Positions 18,946 to 28,957 of a DNA stretch of 64,000 bases are shown here, piece after piece (the stretch's first letter is position 1; every line of letters starts with the position of its first letter). The stretch is from Candidatus Heimdallarchaeota archaeon (GTDB lineage Archaea > Asgardarchaeota > Heimdallarchaeia > Hodarchaeales > Hodarchaeaceae). The notes below the pieces were generated by a model that searched no databases, was not told the DNA's origin, and saw nothing but the letters and a program-made list of their open reading frames with translations. The stretch is taken from contig DXJL01000056.1 of assembly GCA_019057635.1 (NCBI GenBank), forward strand, positions 14,774-78,773, given 5' to 3'. The position numbers were made by a program, and so were the translations under genes.

Positions 18946-20088
18946 ATGAGCATTATGTCTGAATGGGATTTAGTTCTTTACACAGATGATAAACGAAAAA
19001 ACGTCAAGAATAAATTAAAGCTTTCTGATAAAACTCTGTCTGCAGCTGGCCAACATGGAAAAGCCACGATTCTCGTTGACCATCAAGGGAAAGAGTGGCT
19101 TCTGAAAGTGTTTTCTCACATTATCGACTTTGACGTAAAAAAAGTATCAGACTTGGAAGTAGATATCCAAGATACTCCCGAACGTAGCCGAGATCGTCTT
19201 CATTTATGGCGAGCTTTAAACGAAATGACTGCTTCGCGTCTTGGGAGACGATTATATTTAAATGTACCAGAAACACAGCTAATCTGCTCGCGGAAAGTTG
19301 CCAAATTCGTACTCAAACCTTCTACAATCCTGAAAGAGGAAGATGTAATAATTTTGGATGAAGAGGAGGAAGAAGGGGAATCAGCCGAAGAATTTTATCA
19401 CTTGTCTGAACGTGAAATTGGATCTTTAACTACCTCAGATCGTTTTGAGAATGTATTGGCCAGAAAAAGCAATCGTAAAAAAGCTGTTGACGTCTTAGCT
19501 CTCCTTCAAGAGAAAATTCCTGATAGTAAGAATATCGATGAATACTTAGATGATCGAAAAGATGATTTAGACGCTGGATTTGATGCAATACAAAACATCG
19601 ATGACGCCTATCTTCTATTACCATTCGATATTTGGTTAAATGATCCTGATCGGAATGCTGGTAATTACTTAGTTCAAATGGAAAAGAGCAATAAAGCTTC
19701 AAGAATATGGGGAATCGATTATGAAATGTGGTCCTTTGGAAGTGATATTTGGATGGAGGAGGACAATGTAACTCAAGGGAGAAGTTATTTAACCGCTATT
19801 ATTCATCCTAAAAGCCATATTTTTGATTCTCGTGTAAATCAAACGTTTTATCGAATTCGAATGCTTACTGATGAGGAAATCATCCAAATGACAAAAGCTC
19901 CTCAATTGGTGTGCAAATTTTTTGAATATCACATAACTAAAGGCAATTTACTTTCTGATGAAAGAGAGAAATTGAAGCAGGTTGAAGTAAATCTTGAAGA
20001 TTTCCTTTTAGAATCCCGTCCACGGTTCGATAAGCTAAGCAATCTGCTAGTTAGACAAATTGGATTACCACCCGATTTTCGAAGTTAA
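18946..20088 (+). CDS. Hypothetical protein with a possible atypical kinase-like catalytic region
   Basis: 380 aa. Motifs 'LNDPDRNAGNYLV' (DRxxxN-like catalytic loop) and 'WGIDYEMWSFGSD' (DFG-like), with an upstream 'LLKVF' lysine. Confidence 0.4.
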   Translation: MSIMSEWDLVLYTDDKRKNVKNKLKLSDKTLSAAGQHGKATILVDHQGKEWLLKVFSHIIDFDVKKVSDLEVDIQDTPERSRDRLHLWRALNEMTASRLGRRLYLNVPETQLICSRKVAKFVLKPSTILKEEDVIILDEEEEEGESAEEFYHLSEREIGSLTTSDRFENVLARKSNRKKAVDVLALLQEKIPDSKNIDEYLDDRKDDLDAGFDAIQNIDDAYLLLPFDIWLNDPDRNAGNYLVQMEKSNKASRIWGIDYEMWSFGSDIWMEEDNVTQGRSYLTAIIHPKSHIFDSRVNQTFYRIRMLTDEEIIQMTKAPQLVCKFFEYHITKGNLLSDEREKLKQVEVNLEDFLLESRPRFDKLSNLLVRQIGLPPDFRS

Positions 20089-20108
20089 TACTTGGCATTA
20101 AGAGTTAA

Positions 20109-21005
20109 TCAGAGTTTTAATAACCTTTCTTGTGATATTTGACCTAATAAGACTTGATAAACTAGTTCAGAGAATTTTTTTATATTTCTAGAAGGAGTAA
20201 GATGGTAGACATTTTGCCAAAATGATGGTAGAATTGACGTTGCCAAGAATGAAGATAGAAAATGTTTAAATTCTTTTTGACCTTTCTTATCTTCAAGGTT
20301 ATCCTCAACGTCTAGGTAGTGGTTTCCAACTAATAACGAAGCAATTAGAAAAATAGATTTAGCATTAATTAACGATAATTGAAGACCCACTGGACTCCAT
20401 GAAAGCCAAGTGAGGACAGAATTAATAATTTCTTTTAGATCTGAATCAGAAAATATTATTTCGCAATTAAGAGATGATCGAAAAGATTTCTCGAAAAAAT
20501 TACTGATCGGCTCTAGATTTAGAGCTTTTTCATGAATATAATCCTTTTTATTGTTATCAAGGAAGTGAATTTCATTTTGAACTCTTTTTAGGGGGATTGA
20601 GCTGAATGGATTATTTGAATCTATCTTTTCCCCCCAATATTCTTGATAATATGGAATGGCTTCCTCAAGGATATACTCAATCGATGAGTTTTTTATTTGG
20701 TCTTGTGGTTGAGCAATCCAATAAAACCCAAATCCCCTACATGGATTAATCCATACCAAGGTCTGTTCTGGATTTACTTTCCATAGGATTAAGGGATAAA
20801 TTTTACATGTTAACGGTTTCAATACAGTTTTGTGTAATCTACATAATCCTTGGTTATCGAGAAAAACACACTTGTCTCCTCTCAGCAAATAGTCTCGTGA
20901 ATCATCTTTGTAGAGCAATATTTCACAATAAGAATATCTTTTGAAGAGTGATTCTCTTTCTTCAGGGAGAAGTGGGAGTGAATATTCGGTTGCACAGCAC
21001 TTCAT
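20109..21005 (-). CDS. Cys-rich protein, YkgJ/UPF0153-like putative Fe/Zn-chelating domain
   Basis: 'C..C...CC' then 'C.FLD..G.C..H......C..YP' spacing. The first Cys pair is encoded upstream of the listed ATG, so a non-canonical start or an error is possible. Confidence 0.4.
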   Translation of the reverse strand: MKCCATEYSLPLLPEERESLFKRYSYCEILLYKDDSRDYLLRGDKCVFLDNQGLCRLHKTVLKPLTCKIYPLILWKVNPEQTLVWINPCRGFGFYWIAQPQDQIKNSSIEYILEEAIPYYQEYWGEKIDSNNPFSSIPLKRVQNEIHFLDNNKKDYIHEKALNLEPISNFFEKSFRSSLNCEIIFSDSDLKEIINSVLTWLSWSPVGLQLSLINAKSIFLIASLLVGNHYLDVEDNLEDKKGQKEFKHFLSSFLATSILPSFWQNVYHLTPSRNIKKFSELVYQVLLGQISQERLLKL

Positions 21006-21120
21006 ATGGCAAGTGGTACAATTATACCCTGTTTGTAAAGAGAATCCTCGAATAAAATTGCCTATAGTAAATCCTCCGGACTAAGAATACATATTATTGA
21101 TTTTTTTTCGGTATTCATCT

Positions 21121-22893
21121 TTAATAGCTGAGATTTAATTTATGTAGCTTCTCTTTAGTTGGTACTCCTGAACTATCCCATCCTCTGACATCATAATATT
21201 CAGCAAGCATTTTATCAAGTTCTACAACACGGTTTCTTGAACCACCAACTATCAACGGATTTTCTAAAAATCGTTTCGGCAGTCGGTCGTCCTTCATTGA
21301 AAAACCTGCTTTCAAATTGAATATTTTTTCAAGGTTCCAAGTTCTTTCACCAATTTTCATTATATCCTTTTCTGAATAATCCTTCTTATGCACAACAGAC
21401 AATAAACGCGCATAATCTATGGCAGAGAGAGCAAATGATGAAAAACGACATAGGATGAGAGAATCTACTACTGCGGATAGATCTTCATAGACCTTGACAA
21501 TTTTTGCTTTACCTGTTGAAGAAAACCTGTCCATTGGAATCGGGTTGTTAAGTACCTCTGTACTAATCATATAGGATCGAAGATGACAGGCACCTCTATT
21601 CGAAGTGGCGTATGCGAGTCCTTGGCCTTGAACGCCTCTTGGATCATATGCAGGTAGTTCTAGAGATTTTACAGATATAGATAATTCTGGTTGTCCATAT
21701 TTTTCTGCAAATCTTCTGGATCCTTCACTTAATTCGTTACCAATCCCCTTTTTGTGAGCAATATTTCTTATAAGGTCCTCCAAATTATCTGTTTCTCCAA
21801 ATTTTGGAAAAGAATCTAGAATTCCTTGTTCAGCTAGCTCCATTGCACAACCTATTGTATTCCCCGTCGATATTGTGTCAAGACCAAGTTGATTGCATAA
21901 ATAATTAAGTTTACATATCAGAGCTAGATTATTGTTGCCAATTTGTGATCCAAATGCCCAAATTGTTTCGAATTCTGGACCTTTTCCCTGTTCTTTGTCA
22001 TTTATTCGGGTTATATGTCCACACGCAATTCGACAACCTGCACAAGCATGTTTACCTACCACATAGAGTTCTTTGAGTTTTTCCCCAGAAATTCCTGGAG
22101 CATCATCAAAGGTACCCTCTTGAAAATTTCGCGTTGGAAACATTCCTAATTCATTAATAACATTGACAAGTACAGGGGTACCAAAAACTGGGAGCGCAGA
22201 CTTAGTTACAGGATTTTTTCTTAAGGCTAAATGTAATTCATCTGAAATTGCCTTTAATTTAGGATTTTTTGCTATCTTATTACCTTTGACTACAATCGCT
22301 TTCAGATTTTTAGACCCCATTACTGCTCCTAACCCACCGCGCCCGAGTGCATGACCTTTATCATTTATAACACATGCTAATAATCCTAAAGATTCTCCTG
22401 CAGGACCTATACAAGCAATTCTTGCATCTTTCTTAGTTTTTGAATTTAAAATGTCAATTGTTTCCCATGTATCAATATTTTTTAATTCTTCAGCATTACG
22501 TACCTCGTAAGTTTCATTCTCCGCATCTAAATATAAATAACTTAATGTTGGGGCCTTTTCTTCAATTATTACTGCTAAGACACCTAATCCCCGTAGTTCA
22601 GGACCAAATCTTCCACCTGAGTTACTATCAAAGATTGTAAGAGTTAGTGGAGATTTTGTGATACAGCTATATCGTCCAGAGGTTGGAGCTGATGAACCCG
22701 TTAGAGGCCCAACAACAAAGATTAACTTATTTTCTTTTGAAAGGGGATCAATCTTTGGATTAACCTCATCTGAAAAATATTTTACAGCTAATCCTCTACC
22801 GCCTACGTATTCTGACGTAATATCAACAGGAATCTCTTCTCTGGTTATTGCTCCAGAAGACAGGTTGCATCTCATAATATACTCTGTGCTCAT
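21121..22893 (-). CDS. Aldehyde:ferredoxin oxidoreductase family (tungsten/molybdopterin)
   Basis: 590 aa. AOR N-terminal domain and Fe-S cysteine motif 'CAGCRIACG'. Confidence 0.8.
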   Translation of the reverse strand: MSTEYIMRCNLSSGAITREEIPVDITSEYVGGRGLAVKYFSDEVNPKIDPLSKENKLIFVVGPLTGSSAPTSGRYSCITKSPLTLTIFDSNSGGRFGPELRGLGVLAVIIEEKAPTLSYLYLDAENETYEVRNAEELKNIDTWETIDILNSKTKKDARIACIGPAGESLGLLACVINDKGHALGRGGLGAVMGSKNLKAIVVKGNKIAKNPKLKAISDELHLALRKNPVTKSALPVFGTPVLVNVINELGMFPTRNFQEGTFDDAPGISGEKLKELYVVGKHACAGCRIACGHITRINDKEQGKGPEFETIWAFGSQIGNNNLALICKLNYLCNQLGLDTISTGNTIGCAMELAEQGILDSFPKFGETDNLEDLIRNIAHKKGIGNELSEGSRRFAEKYGQPELSISVKSLELPAYDPRGVQGQGLAYATSNRGACHLRSYMISTEVLNNPIPMDRFSSTGKAKIVKVYEDLSAVVDSLILCRFSSFALSAIDYARLLSVVHKKDYSEKDIMKIGERTWNLEKIFNLKAGFSMKDDRLPKRFLENPLIVGGSRNRVVELDKMLAEYYDVRGWDSSGVPTKEKLHKLNLSY

Positions 22894-22920
22894 TTTTCAT
22901 CCTCATTTCAATTCTGAAAA

Positions 22921-23790
22921 TTAGTCATAAAATAGATTATATTGTTTATATTGACACATGTGACATCTACTCTTATGGTAAGAATATTGACTTTCTGACA
23001 TTTTACCAAATGTAGTAGCCCGGACAGGACACAAACGACAAGGAATTTCATCAATAACCCAGTTATCACTTAACGATAACCATTTCATGTTATTAATTAT
23101 ATTGATCCCTGCACTTGCACCTAACCTGAATTTTAATGGATCAATTATATTCCCGTTAGCAAGTATCGCCCGTGCAGCATCAGCAAAATTTTTAATTCCT
23201 CCCGCAGCCTTTACCCCCATATTTGGACCAACAATTTTTCTCATAATGTTAATGTCATATGGAAAAGCTCCATAGGCACCAAAACCTGTTGATGTCTTGA
23301 CAAAATCTGCTCCCGATTCTTTAGAAAGCTCACAAGCCTTTATTTTTTCTTCATCAGTTAGATAACAGGTTTCAATGATGACTTTAACAAGTGCAGAATC
23401 TGCAGCTGAAACAACATCTTCGATATCAGCCTTCACATACTTTTCTTGTTGACTTTTCAACATTCCTACGTTAATGACCATATCAATCTCATGAGCACCA
23501 TTTTCAACGGCTTGTTGCGTCTCCCACGCTTTGGATCTAGATTCCATCGCTCCGAGTGGGAATCCAACAACCGAACAAACCTTTATATCAGTATTCTGCA
23601 ACGTTTCTGCGGCAAGAGAAACATAACAAGAATTGAGACAAACAGAATAAAAATTGTATTGAATCGCTTCCCTACACAGATTTTTAATAGCTTCTGGACC
23701 TTCCCAAGCATTTAATTTTGTGTGATCAATTAACTGTGCTATTTCTTCAGGTGTTATCTCAAGTTGAAACGCTTTATATTCAATATCCAT
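22921..23790 (-). CDS. deoC: Deoxyribose-phosphate aldolase (DeoC family) with C-terminal Cys-rich extension
   Basis: 'FVKTSTGFG' Schiff-base lysine region and 'GVKAAGGI'. The last ~70 aa carry CxxC...CxxC. Confidence 0.7.
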   Translation of the reverse strand: MDIEYKAFQLEITPEEIAQLIDHTKLNAWEGPEAIKNLCREAIQYNFYSVCLNSCYVSLAAETLQNTDIKVCSVVGFPLGAMESRSKAWETQQAVENGAHEIDMVINVGMLKSQQEKYVKADIEDVVSAADSALVKVIIETCYLTDEEKIKACELSKESGADFVKTSTGFGAYGAFPYDINIMRKIVGPNMGVKAAGGIKNFADAARAILANGNIIDPLKFRLGASAGINIINNMKWLSLSDNWVIDEIPCRLCPVRATTFGKMSESQYSYHKSRCHMCQYKQYNLFYD

Positions 23791-24089
23791 ATCCTTTAAA
23801 CGACTCCTTTCATTTTAAACAAGAGATAAAGCAATTATTTACCTAATTTCCTAATTATTTGATCATTAGCAGAGTCTTTTCTCTACTTTTCTTTTTTATT
23901 ACGTTTGATAGGAAAATATGTACAGTTGTTCTACTCTAATGGATAGTTACTCCACTTCTTTATAAGTTCTCAGACTTTCTTTCTTGACGGATGGATTCTT
24001 CAAAAATACTTCGTCTCAAGAGTAAAACATTAAGAAGGATTTAGAAAAGAGAGTAGAACAACGAAGATTCGTTATACGAGTGAATTATT

Positions 24090-24272
24090 ATGGCAGGTAG
24101 TCACGGAAGCCTTACAAAAGCTGGAAAAGTTCGAAATCAGACCCCTAAAGTTGAAGGGCGCAAAAGAAAAGGACTAACACCCATCTTACGCAATAAAAAG
24201 AATTATATAAAGAGAATCGTAAGAGATATGCCAGTTGGTCAACCAGAATTTCGTCAAGAAAGACGAAGATAA
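24090..24272 (+). CDS. rps30e: Ribosomal protein S30e
   Basis: 'HGSLTKAGKVRNQTPKV' matches the eS30 core 'HGSLARAGKVRGQTPKV'. Confidence 0.8.
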   Translation: MAGSHGSLTKAGKVRNQTPKVEGRKRKGLTPILRNKKNYIKRIVRDMPVGQPEFRQERRR

Positions 24273-24349
24273 TTTTGTTTGCTCTATTCTCTATATTCTT
24301 GTTTTCAAATTAGCTTTACTTGAAGTAAGGCCGTTTGTTCAAAACCTTT

Positions 24350-24859
24350 TTACAAAATTTCCTTTACAACTCCATATTTTCCCCGCGAATAAGTAATCAT
24401 TCCAGGATACCCTTCGGTCTTCCATTTATCATCAATGTGTAGAGCAACGATCCTTGCAAGAAATAAATCATGCGTTCCCAGAGTAATAATTTGCTCTACC
24501 TCACATTCCATATTAACAGGACACTCTTTGATGGAAGGAACGCTTACTTTACTGCTCTTCTCTCTTGATAAATTACACTCTTTCCATTTATCGATATCTT
24601 TTCCTGACTTAGTTCCACATATTTTTACTTGAGCTAGCAAAGCTTCTGTAGGAAAGTTAATTACAAATTCTTCTGACTCTTTAATTAAAGTATACGAATA
24701 CCGTTCAGGTCTTACTCCTATTGAGACTATTGGGGGATTTGAACAACACGTACCTGCCCATGAGAGCGTAATTATCGATTCTTTTGTGTTTTGTTTCGCT
24801 GATACTAAGATAACTGGGTTGGGATAAAAAAATGTATTGATAATTTCCTCATTTTTCAT
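24350..24859 (-). CDS. Flavin reductase-like (FMN-binding split-barrel) protein
   Basis: 169 aa with the flavin-reductase-domain pattern. Confidence 0.7.
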   Translation of the reverse strand: MKNEEIINTFFYPNPVILVSAKQNTKESIITLSWAGTCCSNPPIVSIGVRPERYSYTLIKESEEFVINFPTEALLAQVKICGTKSGKDIDKWKECNLSREKSSKVSVPSIKECPVNMECEVEQIITLGTHDLFLARIVALHIDDKWKTEGYPGMITYSRGKYGVVKEIL

Positions 24860-25011
24860 GCGTTAAACTCTTCCTTAATATCGTCATGTGGAATAAACGA
24901 AAATTTGACGAGCTATGGAGGCAAATATATCAGGATAAAAAATTATGGTTTATTAACCACCCCTATTACAATCTAGGAGTAATTAGTGTTAAAATTCGAT
25001 TCATTTCTGAA

Positions 25012-25254
25012 TCATTTTTTAATATGATTACCACATCGTTCGCAAAAACGAGATTCGGGAGAGAGTTGAGCTCCACATTGAGTGCAAAATCGAAATTGAG
25101 GTAATTTTTTCTTTGTATTACTCGGTGGGCCCTTATTTTCATCATAATCTGCCCAAACTGACTTATGAGGATCTAATCCCTTCTCTTCTGCAAATTTAAA
25201 CCATACAGACTTTTGTGTTCGCTTTTTTTTCAAGTCAGCACCTCTAATTACCAC
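25012..25254 (-). CDS. Small zinc-ribbon protein
   Basis: C-terminal 'CTQCGAQLSPESRFCERCGNH' double CxxC. Confidence 0.4.
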   Translation of the reverse strand: MVIRGADLKKKRTQKSVWFKFAEEKGLDPHKSVWADYDENKGPPSNTKKKLPQFRFCTQCGAQLSPESRFCERCGNHIKK

Positions 25255-25507
25255 TGATTATGTTGCCACCTTTCGTTGTTTTTCATGTATGAAATGCCTC
25301 AAGAACTAAAAAAGCCTTACCATTACGGAATTCAAAGATCTATTTCTAGGAGTGAAAGAGGAGCTAGTTGCATCCGAGTTTAGCTATTTGTCTTTCCTTT
25401 GATCTCATTTTCTCAAGAATTTAATGCCTTATTTCGACTTAAATTCAATGGACGTATAAAAGAACAACCCAAGAATCACAATGGGAATGGTAGAATGACA
25501 AAAAGAG

Positions 25508-25605
25508 GTGGTAGCGGCTGGAGGATTTGAACCATCCGATCTCGGGGTTTCGCAAGAATTCCTTCTTTATGAGCCCCGCGGGATAACCTAGCTACCCTAA
25601 GCCGC
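25508..25605 (-). tRNA. tRNA-Met (CAT) with a ~18 nt anticodon-loop intron; initiator-like features
   Basis: The reverse complement folds with acceptor AGCGGCT/AGCCGCT (A1:U72), an encoded CCA and anticodon stem CGGGG/CCCCG. The loop CTCATAA is interrupted after position 37, and a single-nt bulge sits in the T-stem. Confidence 0.7.
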
Positions 25606-26498
25606 TAGCCAAATCAAACAAGGAAACTTTCCCTTTTCCGAAGCTAAGATTACTAGTTTCGTAAGGTGCTTATTCCGAGTGTTTCCAAGCAATATGAGTC
25701 TACTAGCAGTTTTCATTTAACCTTTTCTAACGACGATCTGTCCGTTTTCCCTCAAAATACTGGTATGTGAGGGAGGCCTCCTTTGGTTTATTCTCATGGT
25801 TTCTATTCATCGCAGTCAAATCTTTAAAGTACTCATCTAATGCTAGCATTTTTGTACTTGGTTTCTTACTTGTAGTGGTGATTAACGAACGGTATTTCTG
25901 TAACTTTATGATTTCTCTAGTTACGAATCTACACCTCGTTAGTCAATTGGATCCAGATTTAATATTACCTATTCTTTTTATGGTTGAATTCAATGATTTG
26001 TGTAACTCTTGTATTTTTAGACGAAGAACTGAGATTAATATTTTCCTCTCATCGTCAGATTTAGCCTGATCAATGATATGATCCAGTAGCATTGGTTCGC
26101 TTGCTATGGCAAATATGATTAATGGTTCATCAAATCCTGTAGGTCTACCCATCATTGGTATGAATAATTCATTACTATTAACGAGATCCTTCATGTCTAA
26201 CCTATCGATTTCCGCATTAGTAAATAGTCCTTGAAATATATTTCTCGGAAATTTCCCTTGCTTACGAAAAGGAAAATCTGAGTTATTAGAGCGTTTTTTA
26301 TTTTCATCATGTATAAAATCTCTACAAAATGGTATGACAAATGATGAGACTTCTAAGATAATTGATACTAAAAATTGACCATAAATCCTTCCAGAAGGAT
26401 TGATTAATCAAAATTATTATAAAATATTACATTTAGTTCCAAAATTATCACCACAATTTAGAGTGTTTATCAAATAATTAATAATTCACCTCCTTTCT

Positions 26499-27572
26499 TT
26501 GAGAGATAAGACTAGGTACTGTATTTTGAAGCGTGGTAAGCTGATGTTTGAGTTAAAGTTTGATGAAGAAAAGTGTTTAGCATGTCCTACCTTTGACTGT
26601 CTTGTTAAATGCCTGTATATGGACATTGATAGAGACATCGCAAAAACAGAAATGAAAAAAATAATTTCTGGTGAAGATTCATTTGTCTTACACCAGTGCA
26701 CAACATGCTACTCATGTGAAGAGTACTGTGAACGAGGAAACCATCCGTTCTATTTAATTACTGATCTTCAGGAAAAAAAAGGAATCCTTCCAATGCCTAA
26801 ACCTTTGAAGACCCAATTCATTAACATACCAGTACCAACAAGAAGAGATATCCCACAATTTTGGGCTGCTGAAGAACCGGTAATCTCTCTATGCATTTTC
26901 CCAGAGTATATAAATGTAATAAATGAATCGAAGCTTTTCGAAGAACTCTCAATTATCATAGGAAGATACTTCTTCTGCCAGCTCATGTATCTCCATTCTG
27001 GCAATCCCTCCCTGATTCGAGAAAGGCTGCCTGGAATAATAGAAAACATTGCGAAACATAATTTTAAAGAAGTTATTTTCTTCCACGATGAATGCTATTC
27101 AACTTTTACTTCCTATACCGATGCATATGGTATCAAGGTTCCCTTCAAACCCATTCACTTCTTTACTTATCTCTATAATAAATTAAAAGAGCGTAAAGAA
27201 GAGATAAAACCACTGAATAAAAAAGTTGCATACCAACGTAACTGCTCTGCTCGTCTTACTCCAGATAGAGAACATCTCATAGATGATATCTTTGAATTAA
27301 TAGGAGTAGAAAGAGTAGAAAGAAAGTTCGATCGAAAAAATGCCTTGTGTTGCGGCGGTGTCATTCGTGGCCAACAAAAATACGATCTATTTAGGGATGT
27401 ACAAAAGAAAAATGTTGAGGATATGGTAGATGTGGGAGCTGAATACTGTGTGTTCAATTGTCCCGCCTGTTTCGATTCTCTCTCAGAGAATGTTTCTAAA
27501 AAGGATATCAAACCCATAATGATGCATGACCTTTGTCTACTCGCTCTTGGTGAGAAAACTGCAAGAAAGTGA
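26499..27572 (+). CDS. Fe-S oxidoreductase, GlcF/HdrD/LutA-like (ferredoxin-type clusters + CCG domain)
   Basis: N-terminal C-x2-C-x..-C clusters and a C-terminal 'ALCCGG'/'CPAC' CCG-domain signature. The start is possibly at the internal Met (~26544). Confidence 0.65.
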   Translation: MRDKTRYCILKRGKLMFELKFDEEKCLACPTFDCLVKCLYMDIDRDIAKTEMKKIISGEDSFVLHQCTTCYSCEEYCERGNHPFYLITDLQEKKGILPMPKPLKTQFINIPVPTRRDIPQFWAAEEPVISLCIFPEYINVINESKLFEELSIIIGRYFFCQLMYLHSGNPSLIRERLPGIIENIAKHNFKEVIFFHDECYSTFTSYTDAYGIKVPFKPIHFFTYLYNKLKERKEEIKPLNKKVAYQRNCSARLTPDREHLIDDIFELIGVERVERKFDRKNALCCGGVIRGQQKYDLFRDVQKKNVEDMVDVGAEYCVFNCPACFDSLSENVSKKDIKPIMMHDLCLLALGEKTARK

Positions 27573-28957
27573 TTGAAATGAATACTATATACAAGTCCTT
27601 GGTTGAAATAGTGGATGAGGAGTACGTTTCTAATAGGAAAGAAGATCTCTATATCTATTCCCAAGATCCTGGAATGATGGAACCACATGAACCAGAGTAC
27701 GTGGTGATGCCAAGAACGACAGAGGAGGTAGAAAAAATAGCTAAACTAGCCAATGATAAGAAAATACCTATAGTACCAGTGGGAGGATCATTGAGCTTAT
27801 CAGGTTTAGTTATCCCTCATCATGGTGGTATTGTGGTGGATTTAAAAAGAATGGATCAGGTGTTGGAGGTTAATGAAAAGAGTCGATATGTTATTATTGA
27901 AGCAGGTGTCACAACAGGTAAGTTAAAAGCGTACTTGGAAAAAAATCATCCAGACCTGAGATTTTCAATACCAGATGCTCCTCCCTCTGCGACAGTTGTA
28001 GGAAATATAGTTATTCATGGTCAGGGGCGTTTGACTCAGCAATATGGCTTCAATTCTGACATGGTTACTGGATTAGAAGTTGTATTACCAACTGGAGAAG
28101 TCTGTAAAATTGGGTCGGGTTCAGTCAGTCCCTACTGGTTTTCCCTAGCTCCTTTACCTGATTTAGCTGGACTCTTTTTAGGTTGGTTTGGCACAACAGG
28201 TATCATAACAAAATTGGGGTTGAAGCTTTATCCAAAGAAGAAGATACGAGATATTGAGGTGTTCGTCGTGGAAGACCCGAATCTTGTTCCAGATGTAATA
28301 AATCGAGTCACTCATACAGAGATGGCAGAAGATATTTTCATTGGTGCCCAACCGTACCCACCTGTGTTTAAAGACATTATAATGATTGGAATGCTATTGA
28401 CTGGTGACTCTGAGGATGAAATCGAATTCAAGAGAAAAATGATTTGGGATGCTCTCCGTATACATATAGATAGTAAAGAGGGAGGGTTTATGATGATGAC
28501 ACCTAGTATCAAGCAAGATCTTTTAGAGATGCCAACAAGCAGTACCACCAGATTTGCTGATGTGATGAAGGGAGGAGGATTCGAATATTGTGGCCCCATT
28601 ATTCCAGTTGAAAAATTCCCAGAGGCTTTTCAGAAGTTACTTGAAATTACCACTAAATACGGGATCACATATGGCAACGCATGTAGGATTATTGGAAGAA
28701 GTCACTGTATGATGTTTTCTTTTGGTTACCCATTCAACCGTGCTGACCCTGAAAATGTCGAAAGAACGAAGAGTGCTTTACATGACACAAATGTGGCTAG
28801 CTTGGATATTGGTGGAGTTCCTTGGAAGCCTGAAGTTCCTGCTCAGAAAATGATCATGGAGAAAATGGATAAGAACACACTTGAACTAATGAATCGTATA
28901 AAGAAAGTCCTGGATCCTAATGGGATAATGAATCCAGGAAATTGGGAGGTAGAATGA
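27569..28957 (+). CDS. FAD-linked oxidase (GlcD / D-lactate dehydrogenase-like, PCMH FAD-binding)
   Basis: 'PIVPVGGSLSLSG...HGGIVVDL' FAD-binding motif, with the expected length and C-terminal cap domain. Confidence 0.8.
   Translation: MIEMNTIYKSLVEIVDEEYVSNRKEDLYIYSQDPGMMEPHEPEYVVMPRTTEEVEKIAKLANDKKIPIVPVGGSLSLSGLVIPHHGGIVVDLKRMDQVLEVNEKSRYVIIEAGVTTGKLKAYLEKNHPDLRFSIPDAPPSATVVGNIVIHGQGRLTQQYGFNSDMVTGLEVVLPTGEVCKIGSGSVSPYWFSLAPLPDLAGLFLGWFGTTGIITKLGLKLYPKKKIRDIEVFVVEDPNLVPDVINRVTHTEMAEDIFIGAQPYPPVFKDIIMIGMLLTGDSEDEIEFKRKMIWDALRIHIDSKEGGFMMMTPSIKQDLLEMPTSSTTRFADVMKGGGFEYCGPIIPVEKFPEAFQKLLEITTKYGITYGNACRIIGRSHCMMFSFGYPFNRADPENVERTKSALHDTNVASLDIGGVPWKPEVPAQKMIMEKMDKNTLELMNRIKKVLDPNGIMNPGNWEVE

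Noticed and set aside
24886-25104. 72-aa + strand ORF overlapping the zinc-ribbon gene
   Set aside because: It overlaps 25012..25254 (−), which has a clear double CxxC zinc-ribbon motif. The + ORF has no features.
25767-26194. Overlapping small ORFs (100 aa +, 83 aa −) downstream of tRNA-Met
   Set aside because: They are mutually exclusive, and neither has motifs or convincing coding periodicity. I left them unannotated.
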